From Candidatus Latescibacterota bacterium (GTDB taxonomy: Bacteria > Latescibacterota > UBA2968 > GCA-2709665), in contig CBDCOX010000002.1 in the NCBI GenBank assembly GCA_965219995.1, positions 1,856,001 to 1,920,000 on the forward strand: DNA of 64,000 nucleotides. Direction: 5' to 3'. Below, piece by piece: positions 47,716-56,009 of the stretch (position 1 is the stretch's first letter; every line of letters begins with the position of its first letter). The notes under the pieces were generated by a model, which made no database searches, was not told where the DNA came from, and saw nothing but the letters and a program-made list of their open reading frames with translations. The position numbers and the translations under genes were made by a program.

Positions 47716-48496
47716 AAGCGTACAGAATCATCAATCCAATGATAATGATCCAGGCCATATAGTGGTATTTTTCGCGTGTCTCAACGTAGCGGGTTATCCG
47801 CGGCAGGTCCGGCCGGAATTTGCCGGACATCGTGCGCTGTACGTAGGTCTTGTAATACTCAACCAGAAACCGCTCCAATCCGCCGTTCATGAATACCAGA
47901 TAACCGAGCGGCACGGGCGCTGCCGGATTGTTTGAATAGAAAAACAGTGGAGAGCAGATGGCAAGCACCGCTGCCGAGCGAAAGAATTTCAGGGGGGCGA
48001 ATCCTTCAAAGGGGGCGTCCTTATACGCGCCGCCAAGAGAAACCAGCATTCCCGTGGAGAAGGCGACCGCGGCGAACACCGGAAAATCCATGATCGGCAT
48101 TGAAAGAAACAGCAGGGAAAAGACCCCCGACACCAGAACAGCGCCGGAGAAGAGGCGCAGCGGTTCGCTGGTAACCGGCCGGCCGAAGAACGTAATCCTG
48201 GAGGGTACGGCATATTTCGACTGATCTTCCGCTCTGAAGAATCCCTTGTACAGCTCCGCGAGGAACCGTTCCAGGCCCATGATGGCGAAGAAAACCTGGA
48301 AAAGGCTTAGATTCCGGAAACTCTCCTGGAAGGCGGGCAGACCGTAGAGCGCAACGAAGATGACGGCATGGAAATAGATGCTGCGGGGAAAGGTTGGCAG
48401 CTTCAGACCTTCATAAGGTGAGTCCTTGAAGGCGCCCCAAAGGGAGGTATACAGGCCTGAAATCAAGCTTATCAGAAACGGGAACCAAAAATTCAT
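47696..48496 (-). CDS. Uncharacterised integral membrane protein with an internal two-fold repeat
   Basis: Two copies each of GA[FY]KD[SA]P[YF]EG..[FP/FF]RS and GLERFLxExYK among hydrophobic helices. Overlaps the GMC start. Confidence 0.75.
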   Translation of the reverse strand: MNFWFPFLISLISGLYTSLWGAFKDSPYEGLKLPTFPRSIYFHAVIFVALYGLPAFQESFRNLSLFQVFFAIMGLERFLAELYKGFFRAEDQSKYAVPSRITFFGRPVTSEPLRLFSGAVLVSGVFSLLFLSMPIMDFPVFAAVAFSTGMLVSLGGAYKDAPFEGFAPLKFFRSAAVLAICSPLFFYSNNPAAPVPLGYLVFMNGGLERFLVEYYKTYVQRTMSGKFRPDLPRITRYVETREKYHYMAWIIIIGLMILYAYELTTT

Positions 48497-48561
48497 GGAA
48501 TGGCGCCCCCGGCGGCTGGCATCACAGGGGATCATCGAACGGTATCCCGCCTCGTGGCGGA

Positions 48562-51009
48562 TTACGGCCGTGCGCTTCCCACCCTGACCGCGTGCCGGTT
48601 CCGTTTCAATCGATCGAGGATTTCCAGTACGGCAGGCAGAACGACAACGGCGGCCACAAAACAGGTCAGAAGGCCGATCACGGCCAGTTTCCCGATGGAA
48701 TTCAAACCGGGATGCCTCGCCGTGATGAGACCGAAAAAGCCGATCATCGTGGTCATCATCGAGACGAGCATCGCGCCTCCCGTATTCCTGAGGATCACCG
48801 GGATGGAGTCCGCGCCTTCCTCCTGGTACCGGTGAAAGAGATGAACGCCGTTATCGATGCCCATCCCAATAATCGTCGGCAAGGCAACCATATTGTAAAA
48901 GTTCAGCTTCATTCCGGAGAGAAACATGCTTCCACACATCCAGATCGCGCCGCAGATGAGCGGAAGCATGACGAGCATCCCGTTTCGGATGCTTCGAAAG
49001 TCGATAAACACGATCAGGAAGACGACAAGAAGCGTGATGCCGATCGCCCACCTGCTGTCCCGGATCATCAATTTGAGCATATCCGCGAAAATTATGCTGG
49101 AACTTGAAGAATAGAAACGCTTCCCGGACTCGGTCGTTATCAGGTGGGTGTCATCCGCGAACTCGATGGCCTGTCGTCCGTCTCGAAGTTGCACGCTGGG
49201 ATAGATGAAGGCAAAATGGGCCCGGCTGCCGTCTACCGTTGAAAACCTGCGCAGGATGTTTTTCGGAAGATCGTCCACGTCCAGACTTTTCACGTCCATC
49301 AGTTCGCGCAACTCGTCGACCCGCTCCTTCTGTTCTTCCTTCAGCAATTTCGCGCCTTCGCCATCCACGAGTTCGCGAAGTTCGGCAATCAGAGCCAGCT
49401 TTTCATCTTCGCGATCGGGCAGAAAGGACCAGAGCGTCCTGATCTTGTCAATTGTGGGGGTCGGGTCGTCCGACGCGATCTTCCCGTGCACTGCTGCGAC
49501 GATTTCATCCAGTTCCTCTTTGCTGTCGGCAAGGATCACGCTTGGCGAGTGCGACTCGCCCCTGAATTTGGAAAGCGAATTGATCTTGTCTTTCACTTTC
49601 TTGGACTTGGCCAGATTGGAACGCAGATTGGTAAAATCGTATTCGAACTGAATCTGATCCAGATTGTATGCCAGGTAAACCGTTCCGGCAATGGCAACCG
49701 CGAACACGACCGGCGCCATCGGAAACCGGCCCTTGCTGGTGCCGCGTTCGTGTCCGAGGACGTGCCGCATTCGCACAAGCTTCAAGCGCTCGTCGGCAAG
49801 AACGAGAAAGGCCGGAAGCACCATGGTCATGGACACAAGGGACATGATGATCCCCGTGCCGACAATGAAACCGAACTCCGAGAATCCCTTGAAATCCGTA
49901 ATGGTCAGCGAGTAGAACGCCATCGACGTGGTCAATGCAGCGGTGAGGATGGCCTGCCCCGTCTGAATCAACATCGTCTCGACCGACTGCCTGACGTCCA
50001 TGCTCGCCATGCGGTCCTCGAGGTACCGGGAAAACATGTGAATCCCGAAGTCGATTCCAAGACCGAACAGAATCACAAAAAGGAATCCGGTCATCGTGTT
50101 CAGGTTGCCGATCACCCAATAGGTAACCGCAAACGCCCACGTCAGCCCCATAACGAGCGGGATAGCAACAAAAAAGACAGCCAGCGGCTGCCTGAAATAA
50201 AACGTGAGAAGCAGGACGACACCTACAAATCCGAAGATTACCGTTGACTCGATGTCGTCCAGAATGGTGTCGTATTCATCGATCTTATTCTTGAACGAAC
50301 CTCCGATCGAGACCAGCATATCGGGATGATAGGACATCGGTTTCAGCTTATGCACGGCGTCCTCGAGCACGCTGTACATCTCTTTGCTGAAACCGATATT
50401 ACTCACCGTTCCCGATGCCATGACCTCCACGGCGACGATGGTACTGTCAGGATTTGTATAATAGACTTCGTGTCCGCGGTTTCCGTTCTCCTTGTACTTC
50501 GCTTCAATATCCGAAAAATTCAGCGGCTCGTCGTCTTCCCCGTCGTCCAGCCTGAAGAACAACGGAGACAACTTCAGTTTTTCCTGCCGGATGCGATCGT
50601 CGATCCGAAGTTGTATGTCTTCCAGATCTTCGAGATCCATATACAACAACGCGTTGTCTTTGAAGAAATCGACTTCACGCTTGTAATCGACGTAGTTTAC
50701 GTATTTCCAGTACTGTTCGGCCTTCAGTTCAACAGCCAGATCTTCCACGAATTGCCGGGACGCCGTGAAATCCCCGCATTCCGCCAGAACAACCAGACTA
50801 CCAACACCCCCAAGGCGCGCCTTGATATCTTCGAGCGTTCTCACGCTCGGATAGTGTTCCGGTATCAGAGCCGCGATATCCGTTTCGAGACGCTGAATCA
50901 GTCGATAGACAAAAAAGCTGCAGAAAATGGAAAGGAAGGTCGATACAATGATAATAATGGCGTACCGTCGATAGACGAAGTCCGCCAAAAGCCGCAACCT
51001 ATCCTGCAT
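48562..51009 (-). CDS. MMPL/RND-family lipid transporter (HpnN-like)
   Basis: Two membrane halves carrying GLGIDFGIH and GMGIDNGVH, plus large periplasmic loops. Confidence 0.92.
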   Translation of the reverse strand: MQDRLRLLADFVYRRYAIIIIVSTFLSIFCSFFVYRLIQRLETDIAALIPEHYPSVRTLEDIKARLGGVGSLVVLAECGDFTASRQFVEDLAVELKAEQYWKYVNYVDYKREVDFFKDNALLYMDLEDLEDIQLRIDDRIRQEKLKLSPLFFRLDDGEDDEPLNFSDIEAKYKENGNRGHEVYYTNPDSTIVAVEVMASGTVSNIGFSKEMYSVLEDAVHKLKPMSYHPDMLVSIGGSFKNKIDEYDTILDDIESTVIFGFVGVVLLLTFYFRQPLAVFFVAIPLVMGLTWAFAVTYWVIGNLNTMTGFLFVILFGLGIDFGIHMFSRYLEDRMASMDVRQSVETMLIQTGQAILTAALTTSMAFYSLTITDFKGFSEFGFIVGTGIIMSLVSMTMVLPAFLVLADERLKLVRMRHVLGHERGTSKGRFPMAPVVFAVAIAGTVYLAYNLDQIQFEYDFTNLRSNLAKSKKVKDKINSLSKFRGESHSPSVILADSKEELDEIVAAVHGKIASDDPTPTIDKIRTLWSFLPDREDEKLALIAELRELVDGEGAKLLKEEQKERVDELRELMDVKSLDVDDLPKNILRRFSTVDGSRAHFAFIYPSVQLRDGRQAIEFADDTHLITTESGKRFYSSSSSIIFADMLKLMIRDSRWAIGITLLVVFLIVFIDFRSIRNGMLVMLPLICGAIWMCGSMFLSGMKLNFYNMVALPTIIGMGIDNGVHLFHRYQEEGADSIPVILRNTGGAMLVSMMTTMIGFFGLITARHPGLNSIGKLAVIGLLTCFVAAVVVLPAVLEILDRLKRNRHAVRVGSARP

Positions 51010-51012
51010 GAA

Positions 51013-51633
51013 TCAATCCTTCCCTTTCCCGTCTGCCGCGTCCTCGTTGAGCTTGTCCCTCAGCTTGTTTACAAGACCCTCGTACGACGACCTTCGAATT
51101 TCCCTGTAGAACTGCGACCGGTTGTTTCTGGCAACGCTCAAGTCGTCGATGATCATATCATAAATCAGCCACTTTCCGTTAACGGGGTGGAGCTTGTAGT
51201 CGATGCTGCTCTGCTCGTCCTTGTAATGTACGACGGTCCGAACGAGACCCCCGGTGCTGTCGACTTTCGATCCCACGTATTCGATTTTGTCCGATTTGGT
51301 ATAGAGTTTCGGATCGGCATAGTTTTTGACGATGAGTCGGCGGCAGAGATCGGCAAATTCCACCTGCTCGGTCCGGGTGCGGCGCTGCCAATGCCGGCCC
51401 AATGCAAGCGTGCTGAACCGGTGGAAATCGAACATGTCCTCCACGATTTTCTTCAACCGCTCCCGCTCCTCGGCCGTCTCGCCCCCTGTTTCCGAATTCA
51501 CAACCGCCTTGATTGCCCCGTCCCGGGTTTTCATGACCTCGAGGAGCACCCCGGCCTGATCCGCACCCGGTGCGGAACCACGACCAGAGCCAACAAGAGC
51601 AAAAAACACAATAATATAGGACAATTTCTTCAT
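51013..51633 (-). CDS. MlaC/Ttg2D/HpnM-like periplasmic lipid-binding protein
   Basis: Signal peptide, FDFHRFSTLALGRHW, IDYKL...WLIYDMIIDDLSV..NRSQF. Confidence 0.9.
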   Translation of the reverse strand: MKKLSYIIVFFALVGSGRGSAPGADQAGVLLEVMKTRDGAIKAVVNSETGGETAEERERLKKIVEDMFDFHRFSTLALGRHWQRRTRTEQVEFADLCRRLIVKNYADPKLYTKSDKIEYVGSKVDSTGGLVRTVVHYKDEQSSIDYKLHPVNGKWLIYDMIIDDLSVARNNRSQFYREIRRSSYEGLVNKLRDKLNEDAADGKGKD

Positions 51634-51747
51634 TTTAGCCAGTTCCTTTTACGCTCTGAAACAAAACAATCCGACATCTGAACACCTCCCGGGTCGGCTC
51701 GATAGACAATCGACTCAATGGACGATTCACGGAAACCTTTCTGTCCT

Positions 51748-53187
51748 TCAGTCCGCTTTCCCGGAAACCAGCTTATCCGCTTGCGTCGTGCGCGTTCGCA
51801 TGATATGCCCGATGAATCCGAAAACCGCGCTTACAACCAGGCCGGAGCCAAACACGAAAATCCAATAGATCGCCCCGAGGCAGTTCAAGACCGCCAGAAC
51901 ACAGAACAGAGCCGCGGAGAAATCCCGCCGGCACGCGAACTTCATTCCGCAAAAGATCCGGTGCAGACGGCCGCGATGCTCTTCCGGAACTTCGTTGGAA
52001 AACCCCATGTTGAAGCTTACGATACTTCCGGAACCGCTCTGCCTCAGGTACACGCAGATGAGCAGGACCGCCAGTACGTCCAGCGCGAGGGCGACAAATC
52101 CCAGCGCGATGAGAACCGGTTCTCCGGTCAATTTGTACATGCCGTAGATAACACCGGAAAAGAAGGCCAGATAGGATACGTTGTCGGCCACGGTATCCAA
52201 CCATTCCCCAAGGCGCGAACCGGAAAACTTGAGCGTGGCGATCTCGCCGTCACAGCCGTCCAGGATGGATGCGAACTGAAACAACAGCCCTCCGATCGCG
52301 ACGCGCAAATAGCTGCCTTCCGCTACGAACCAGCCCGCCAGGAAGGTGACCATCATTGCGGCAATTGAAATCTGGTTGGGTGTTACCGACGTCCGTACGA
52401 GCATCCTGGAAATCCAGGTGGAGATTTTCCGGTTGAAATGGCGGGAGACAATCCCGTCCGTCGATTTGCCCAGCAGACCGAACAATGCCCTTTCCCCCTG
52501 GTGCAGTGCTTCGGGCGTGTCGACATCCTGCCAGAACAGACCGTCGATTTCCACCCCGCGCATGTTCCCTTCGGAGGCCAGAATCCGCACCCCGCCCGAG
52601 AGAGATTCGTCGCCTCGGGCGATGGATCGTTCGATACCGTCAAACAGCTCTGCGGTACACAGGAAAATGCCGGTATCCACCGCGTCGTACCGGTCCAGCG
52701 CTTTGCCGATACGCAGAATCCGTTCGCCTCCCAGGACGACTTTGGTGGCATCGTCCAGATCCTGAACCCGATCCAGCCGGGTGTCAACACACAGCGCCGA
52801 CTCGCCGGCGCTCAACAACAGGCGCCGCATGCGGGTGATGACCCGCGGTTCAAACAGATGGTCGGCCATCATGAGGAGAAACTGGCCCTCGACAAAATCC
52901 CGGGCTTTCAGTACGGAAAGCCCGTTGCCGCGCGTCCATTCGTCGTTTTCAACCCAATCGATGTGTACGTCGATCTGCGGATCGTTGGCAATCGCAGCCC
53001 GAATTTCATCGCCCCGATAGCCGATCACAACGGCAAACTCGGTGATCCCCGCCCGTTTTGCGGTCAGAATAGCGCGCTTCAGCAATCCGACGCCGGCCAC
53101 GCTAACCAGCGGTTTTGGCCGGCCGCGCCCATGCCCGTTCAGGCGGCTGCCCATACCGGCAGCAATAATCACTGCCTTATCTGCCAT
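51748..53187 (-). CDS. Bifunctional NTP-transferase / CDP-alcohol phosphotransferase (IPCT/DIPPS-like)
   Basis: N-terminal AVIIAAGMGSRL..PKPL, GNGLS, MADH, DDATKV, DTG and WQDVDT. C-terminal DGIVSRHFNRKIS, TPNQIS and DGCDGEIA...G..LD..AD. Confidence 0.9.
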   Translation of the reverse strand: MADKAVIIAAGMGSRLNGHGRGRPKPLVSVAGVGLLKRAILTAKRAGITEFAVVIGYRGDEIRAAIANDPQIDVHIDWVENDEWTRGNGLSVLKARDFVEGQFLLMMADHLFEPRVITRMRRLLLSAGESALCVDTRLDRVQDLDDATKVVLGGERILRIGKALDRYDAVDTGIFLCTAELFDGIERSIARGDESLSGGVRILASEGNMRGVEIDGLFWQDVDTPEALHQGERALFGLLGKSTDGIVSRHFNRKISTWISRMLVRTSVTPNQISIAAMMVTFLAGWFVAEGSYLRVAIGGLLFQFASILDGCDGEIATLKFSGSRLGEWLDTVADNVSYLAFFSGVIYGMYKLTGEPVLIALGFVALALDVLAVLLICVYLRQSGSGSIVSFNMGFSNEVPEEHRGRLHRIFCGMKFACRRDFSAALFCVLAVLNCLGAIYWIFVFGSGLVVSAVFGFIGHIMRTRTTQADKLVSGKAD

Positions 53188-53200
53188 GACACCCTCCCCT

Positions 53201-54580
53201 TTACTCCAGAATCGAACTTCCCGTCGCACGTCTCAACGTTACCCAGGCGAGGTTGAATTCCAACACGGACTGATAATATTTGGCGCGGATTAACCCATAC
53301 TCCTTGACCGCATCGACCATCTCCCCCGCCTCCTCCAGACCGGCATTGAATCCATCTCTCGCAGAGACAAACCACCGCCTCGTTGCCCGCCGGGCTTCTC
53401 GCGCCGCGCTGATGTTCGCCTCCGCCTCAACGAGCGAACGATAGGCGCTTTCGATCTCCAGACGGGCGCCCTGAACCGCCATCTGCGCCTGATAGCCGAG
53501 TTTTCGGTAGGCGAGACGGGCTTCCTTCACCTTCACTCTCGTACTCGCGAACGACAACGACTGCCGGAAGCCGAGGACGGCGCCCAGCTGAGTCACGTTG
53601 AACTCGTCCTTAAGAAACGGGTTCCGCTGGCGGTCCCTGTTCGGCGCATAACCGTATTTGAACTGGCCGGCCAGAAAAATCTGTGGAAACAGATCGGTGC
53701 GGACGGCCCGCACCTGTGCCGACCGCACCCGTAACCCTTCCCGAATCTGACCCAGGTCCGGGCGGCCCTCCGCAAGCGAGAGGTAATGTTCCAGTGGTCG
53801 GATCCGAACGTCTACCGGATTCAGCTTCCCGTCGGCAAGAATAAGGGAGTCAGACTCGGAAAGCCCCAGAAGAATACGGAGCGCCGACCGTGCGAGCGCC
53901 TGACTCTTGACCACCTTATTTGCATTTTCCTCCACGTCGTACACAAACCTGTCAATACGGTGCAGATCCGTATACGTAAAATCTCCCGTGTCCCCTTCCA
54001 GATTCTCAACGATCGTTCTCCGCGCCCTGCCGATCTCCTCCCTCGACTCATTCGCCAGGTCGCTGAGCTGATTTGCCAGCAGGAGCAGATAGTAAGCCCT
54101 GGCAACCTGCCGCTCCAGGTCGAATCGGGTTCTCTTCAGACCTGCGCGCTGCGCGTCGATGCCCCCGGATGCGGCTTCCAATGCCGCGTCGAGTTTGCCG
54201 AAGGTGAACAGCGGCTGGACCAGCGACAATTCGGTCCTGCTAAACACACCCATCTGCCGCCAGTTGCTGACCCCCGTAAGGGCGTCGCCCCGAGCTTCCG
54301 GCGAGGGCCCGAATATCCAGGTGAAATCCAGTCGTGGAAGGAATCGCGCGGCGTGAACCTGGCTGAGTCTATTCTGTGCAATTTCCAGATCGGTCTCGGC
54401 GGCCTGAATGGACGGACTCGACGCGAGTGCCATCCTTACACACCCTTCAAGATCATATCGACCCTGTTCGGATTCGGAATAACCTGTACCGATGCCGATT
54501 CCCGTCACGCAGATCAGGACAATCGAAACGCGGAGCCGCACCCGGTGTGAATTTTTACCACATGTGTGGAAAAATTGCAA
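53201..54580 (-). CDS. TolC-family outer-membrane efflux protein
   Basis: Duplicated OEP pattern (LVQPLFTFGK; FPQIFLAG...). The start may be at GTG 54541. Confidence 0.85.
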   Translation of the reverse strand: MQFFHTCGKNSHRVRLRVSIVLICVTGIGIGTGYSESEQGRYDLEGCVRMALASSPSIQAAETDLEIAQNRLSQVHAARFLPRLDFTWIFGPSPEARGDALTGVSNWRQMGVFSRTELSLVQPLFTFGKLDAALEAASGGIDAQRAGLKRTRFDLERQVARAYYLLLLANQLSDLANESREEIGRARRTIVENLEGDTGDFTYTDLHRIDRFVYDVEENANKVVKSQALARSALRILLGLSESDSLILADGKLNPVDVRIRPLEHYLSLAEGRPDLGQIREGLRVRSAQVRAVRTDLFPQIFLAGQFKYGYAPNRDRQRNPFLKDEFNVTQLGAVLGFRQSLSFASTRVKVKEARLAYRKLGYQAQMAVQGARLEIESAYRSLVEAEANISAAREARRATRRWFVSARDGFNAGLEEAGEMVDAVKEYGLIRAKYYQSVLEFNLAWVTLRRATGSSILE

Positions 54581-54689
54581 CGCTTCCTCCGAAACCCTCC
54601 CTGACGTTCGATATTTAAGTGCCCAGAGAAAAATCCATCAATTATCTGGAAAACCTAAAGATATTTTCATCCGACCAGGATTTTTCCGA

Positions 54690-56009
54690 TCAGGGAATCT
54701 GTCTATTTACAGCGAATGCCGTGCCATGATAGGGTGGACGTCCCGCACGGCTTTGGACCCGCAGCGCTTCAAGAATAATGGCCTGCACACGCCGGGCTAC
54801 CTCAACCGCGTCGTGCCGCTGCACCGCCGAGATGCGGGCGGCCGAACCCATTCGCTGCCGCGATTCCCGGTTCTCGATAACCCTGAGGATGGTGTTGGCA
54901 AGCCCGGCGGCGTCGTTCGGCTTCACCAGGTATCCGTTGTAACCATGCCGTATCAATTCAGGCACACCGCCTGTTTCGGACCCAACCACCGGTGTGCCCA
55001 ACGCCAGAGACTCGATAAGGCTTCGCGGACAGGGATCGGGCGCAGCAGACGGAACGAGTGTGACATCCATGTCCTTCAGGAACGGTCTGACGTCGGTCTG
55101 AAATCCTGTAAAAAGGACGCGTCCCGAGAAGCGGCCGTTTGCGACCTTGCGGCGATAGCGGTCCAGCAGGTCCAATGACCGGCGAGGGTTGCCGCCGACA
55201 ACCACCAGCACCACGTCCTTGCGCCGGACCAGGACCCGCTCCATCGCCGACAAAAGCGTATCGATGCCTTTCCACGCAACAATACGACCGACGTAGCCCA
55301 GAACCACTTCGTCCGGTCCGATCCGGTACATCCGGCGCACGCACCCCCGGACGTTTGCAGGGTCGAAACTGACGAGGTCCGCTCCATTGTATACAACGCG
55401 CACCTTCTCCTTCACCGACGGGAAATTACCCGCGCACGCCTCGGAAACGGCGATAATTCTCGTCACGCAAGCACACCGTGCCAGCCTGTGGAAGAACCAG
55501 CGTCTGAATGCGTTACCGTATAGTGTGCGGCAGTGCCAGACAACCGGAGCGCCACAAACCATGCCGGCCACCGTGCCCATCAATTTCACCATCATCTGGT
55601 TGCAATAGACCAGCCCGAAACGCTCATGAGAGACCATGCGAATCAGAGCAAAGGTAAACCGTACGATATCGAACGCATTCAGAACCACCGACGCCATTCT
55701 GAACGCCCGGTTCTGACTACGGAACCGCATTTCCGCAAGACGTTCCTTCAGGCGGGGCTCGATACGGTACGGGATCCGGATCTCCTCGAGCCTGCGTTTC
55801 AATACACCCTCGTTAGGCATCACAACCAGCGGCTCGAACAGCGAGGTATCGATATGTTTCAACAGATAGAAGAGGCTGTTCCCGGCCCCGCCGCGCCCTG
55901 TGCATCCCGTCAGGAAAAGCACCTTGACCCTGCCGTTGTCCTTTCCGGCCCGCAATTCGGGCGACGATACGGTGGCCTCGCCGGCCTCATCTGCGAAACG
56001 CACGGACAT
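54690..56009 (-). CDS. GT4 family glycosyltransferase
   Basis: GGAG, VVYNG, VGRIVAWKG, DPCPRSLIESLALGTPVV and GGVPELI. ATG overlaps the upstream TGA (TGATG). Confidence 0.92.
   Translation of the reverse strand: MSVRFADEAGEATVSSPELRAGKDNGRVKVLFLTGCTGRGGAGNSLFYLLKHIDTSLFEPLVVMPNEGVLKRRLEEIRIPYRIEPRLKERLAEMRFRSQNRAFRMASVVLNAFDIVRFTFALIRMVSHERFGLVYCNQMMVKLMGTVAGMVCGAPVVWHCRTLYGNAFRRWFFHRLARCACVTRIIAVSEACAGNFPSVKEKVRVVYNGADLVSFDPANVRGCVRRMYRIGPDEVVLGYVGRIVAWKGIDTLLSAMERVLVRRKDVVLVVVGGNPRRSLDLLDRYRRKVANGRFSGRVLFTGFQTDVRPFLKDMDVTLVPSAAPDPCPRSLIESLALGTPVVGSETGGVPELIRHGYNGYLVKPNDAAGLANTILRVIENRESRQRMGSAARISAVQRHDAVEVARRVQAIILEALRVQSRAGRPPYHGTAFAVNRQIP

Noticed and set aside
48562-51633. Calling the MMPL and MlaC genes hpnN/hpnM of hopanoid transport
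   Set aside because: No squalene-hopene cyclase or other hpn genes are in the window, so the substrate cannot be assigned.
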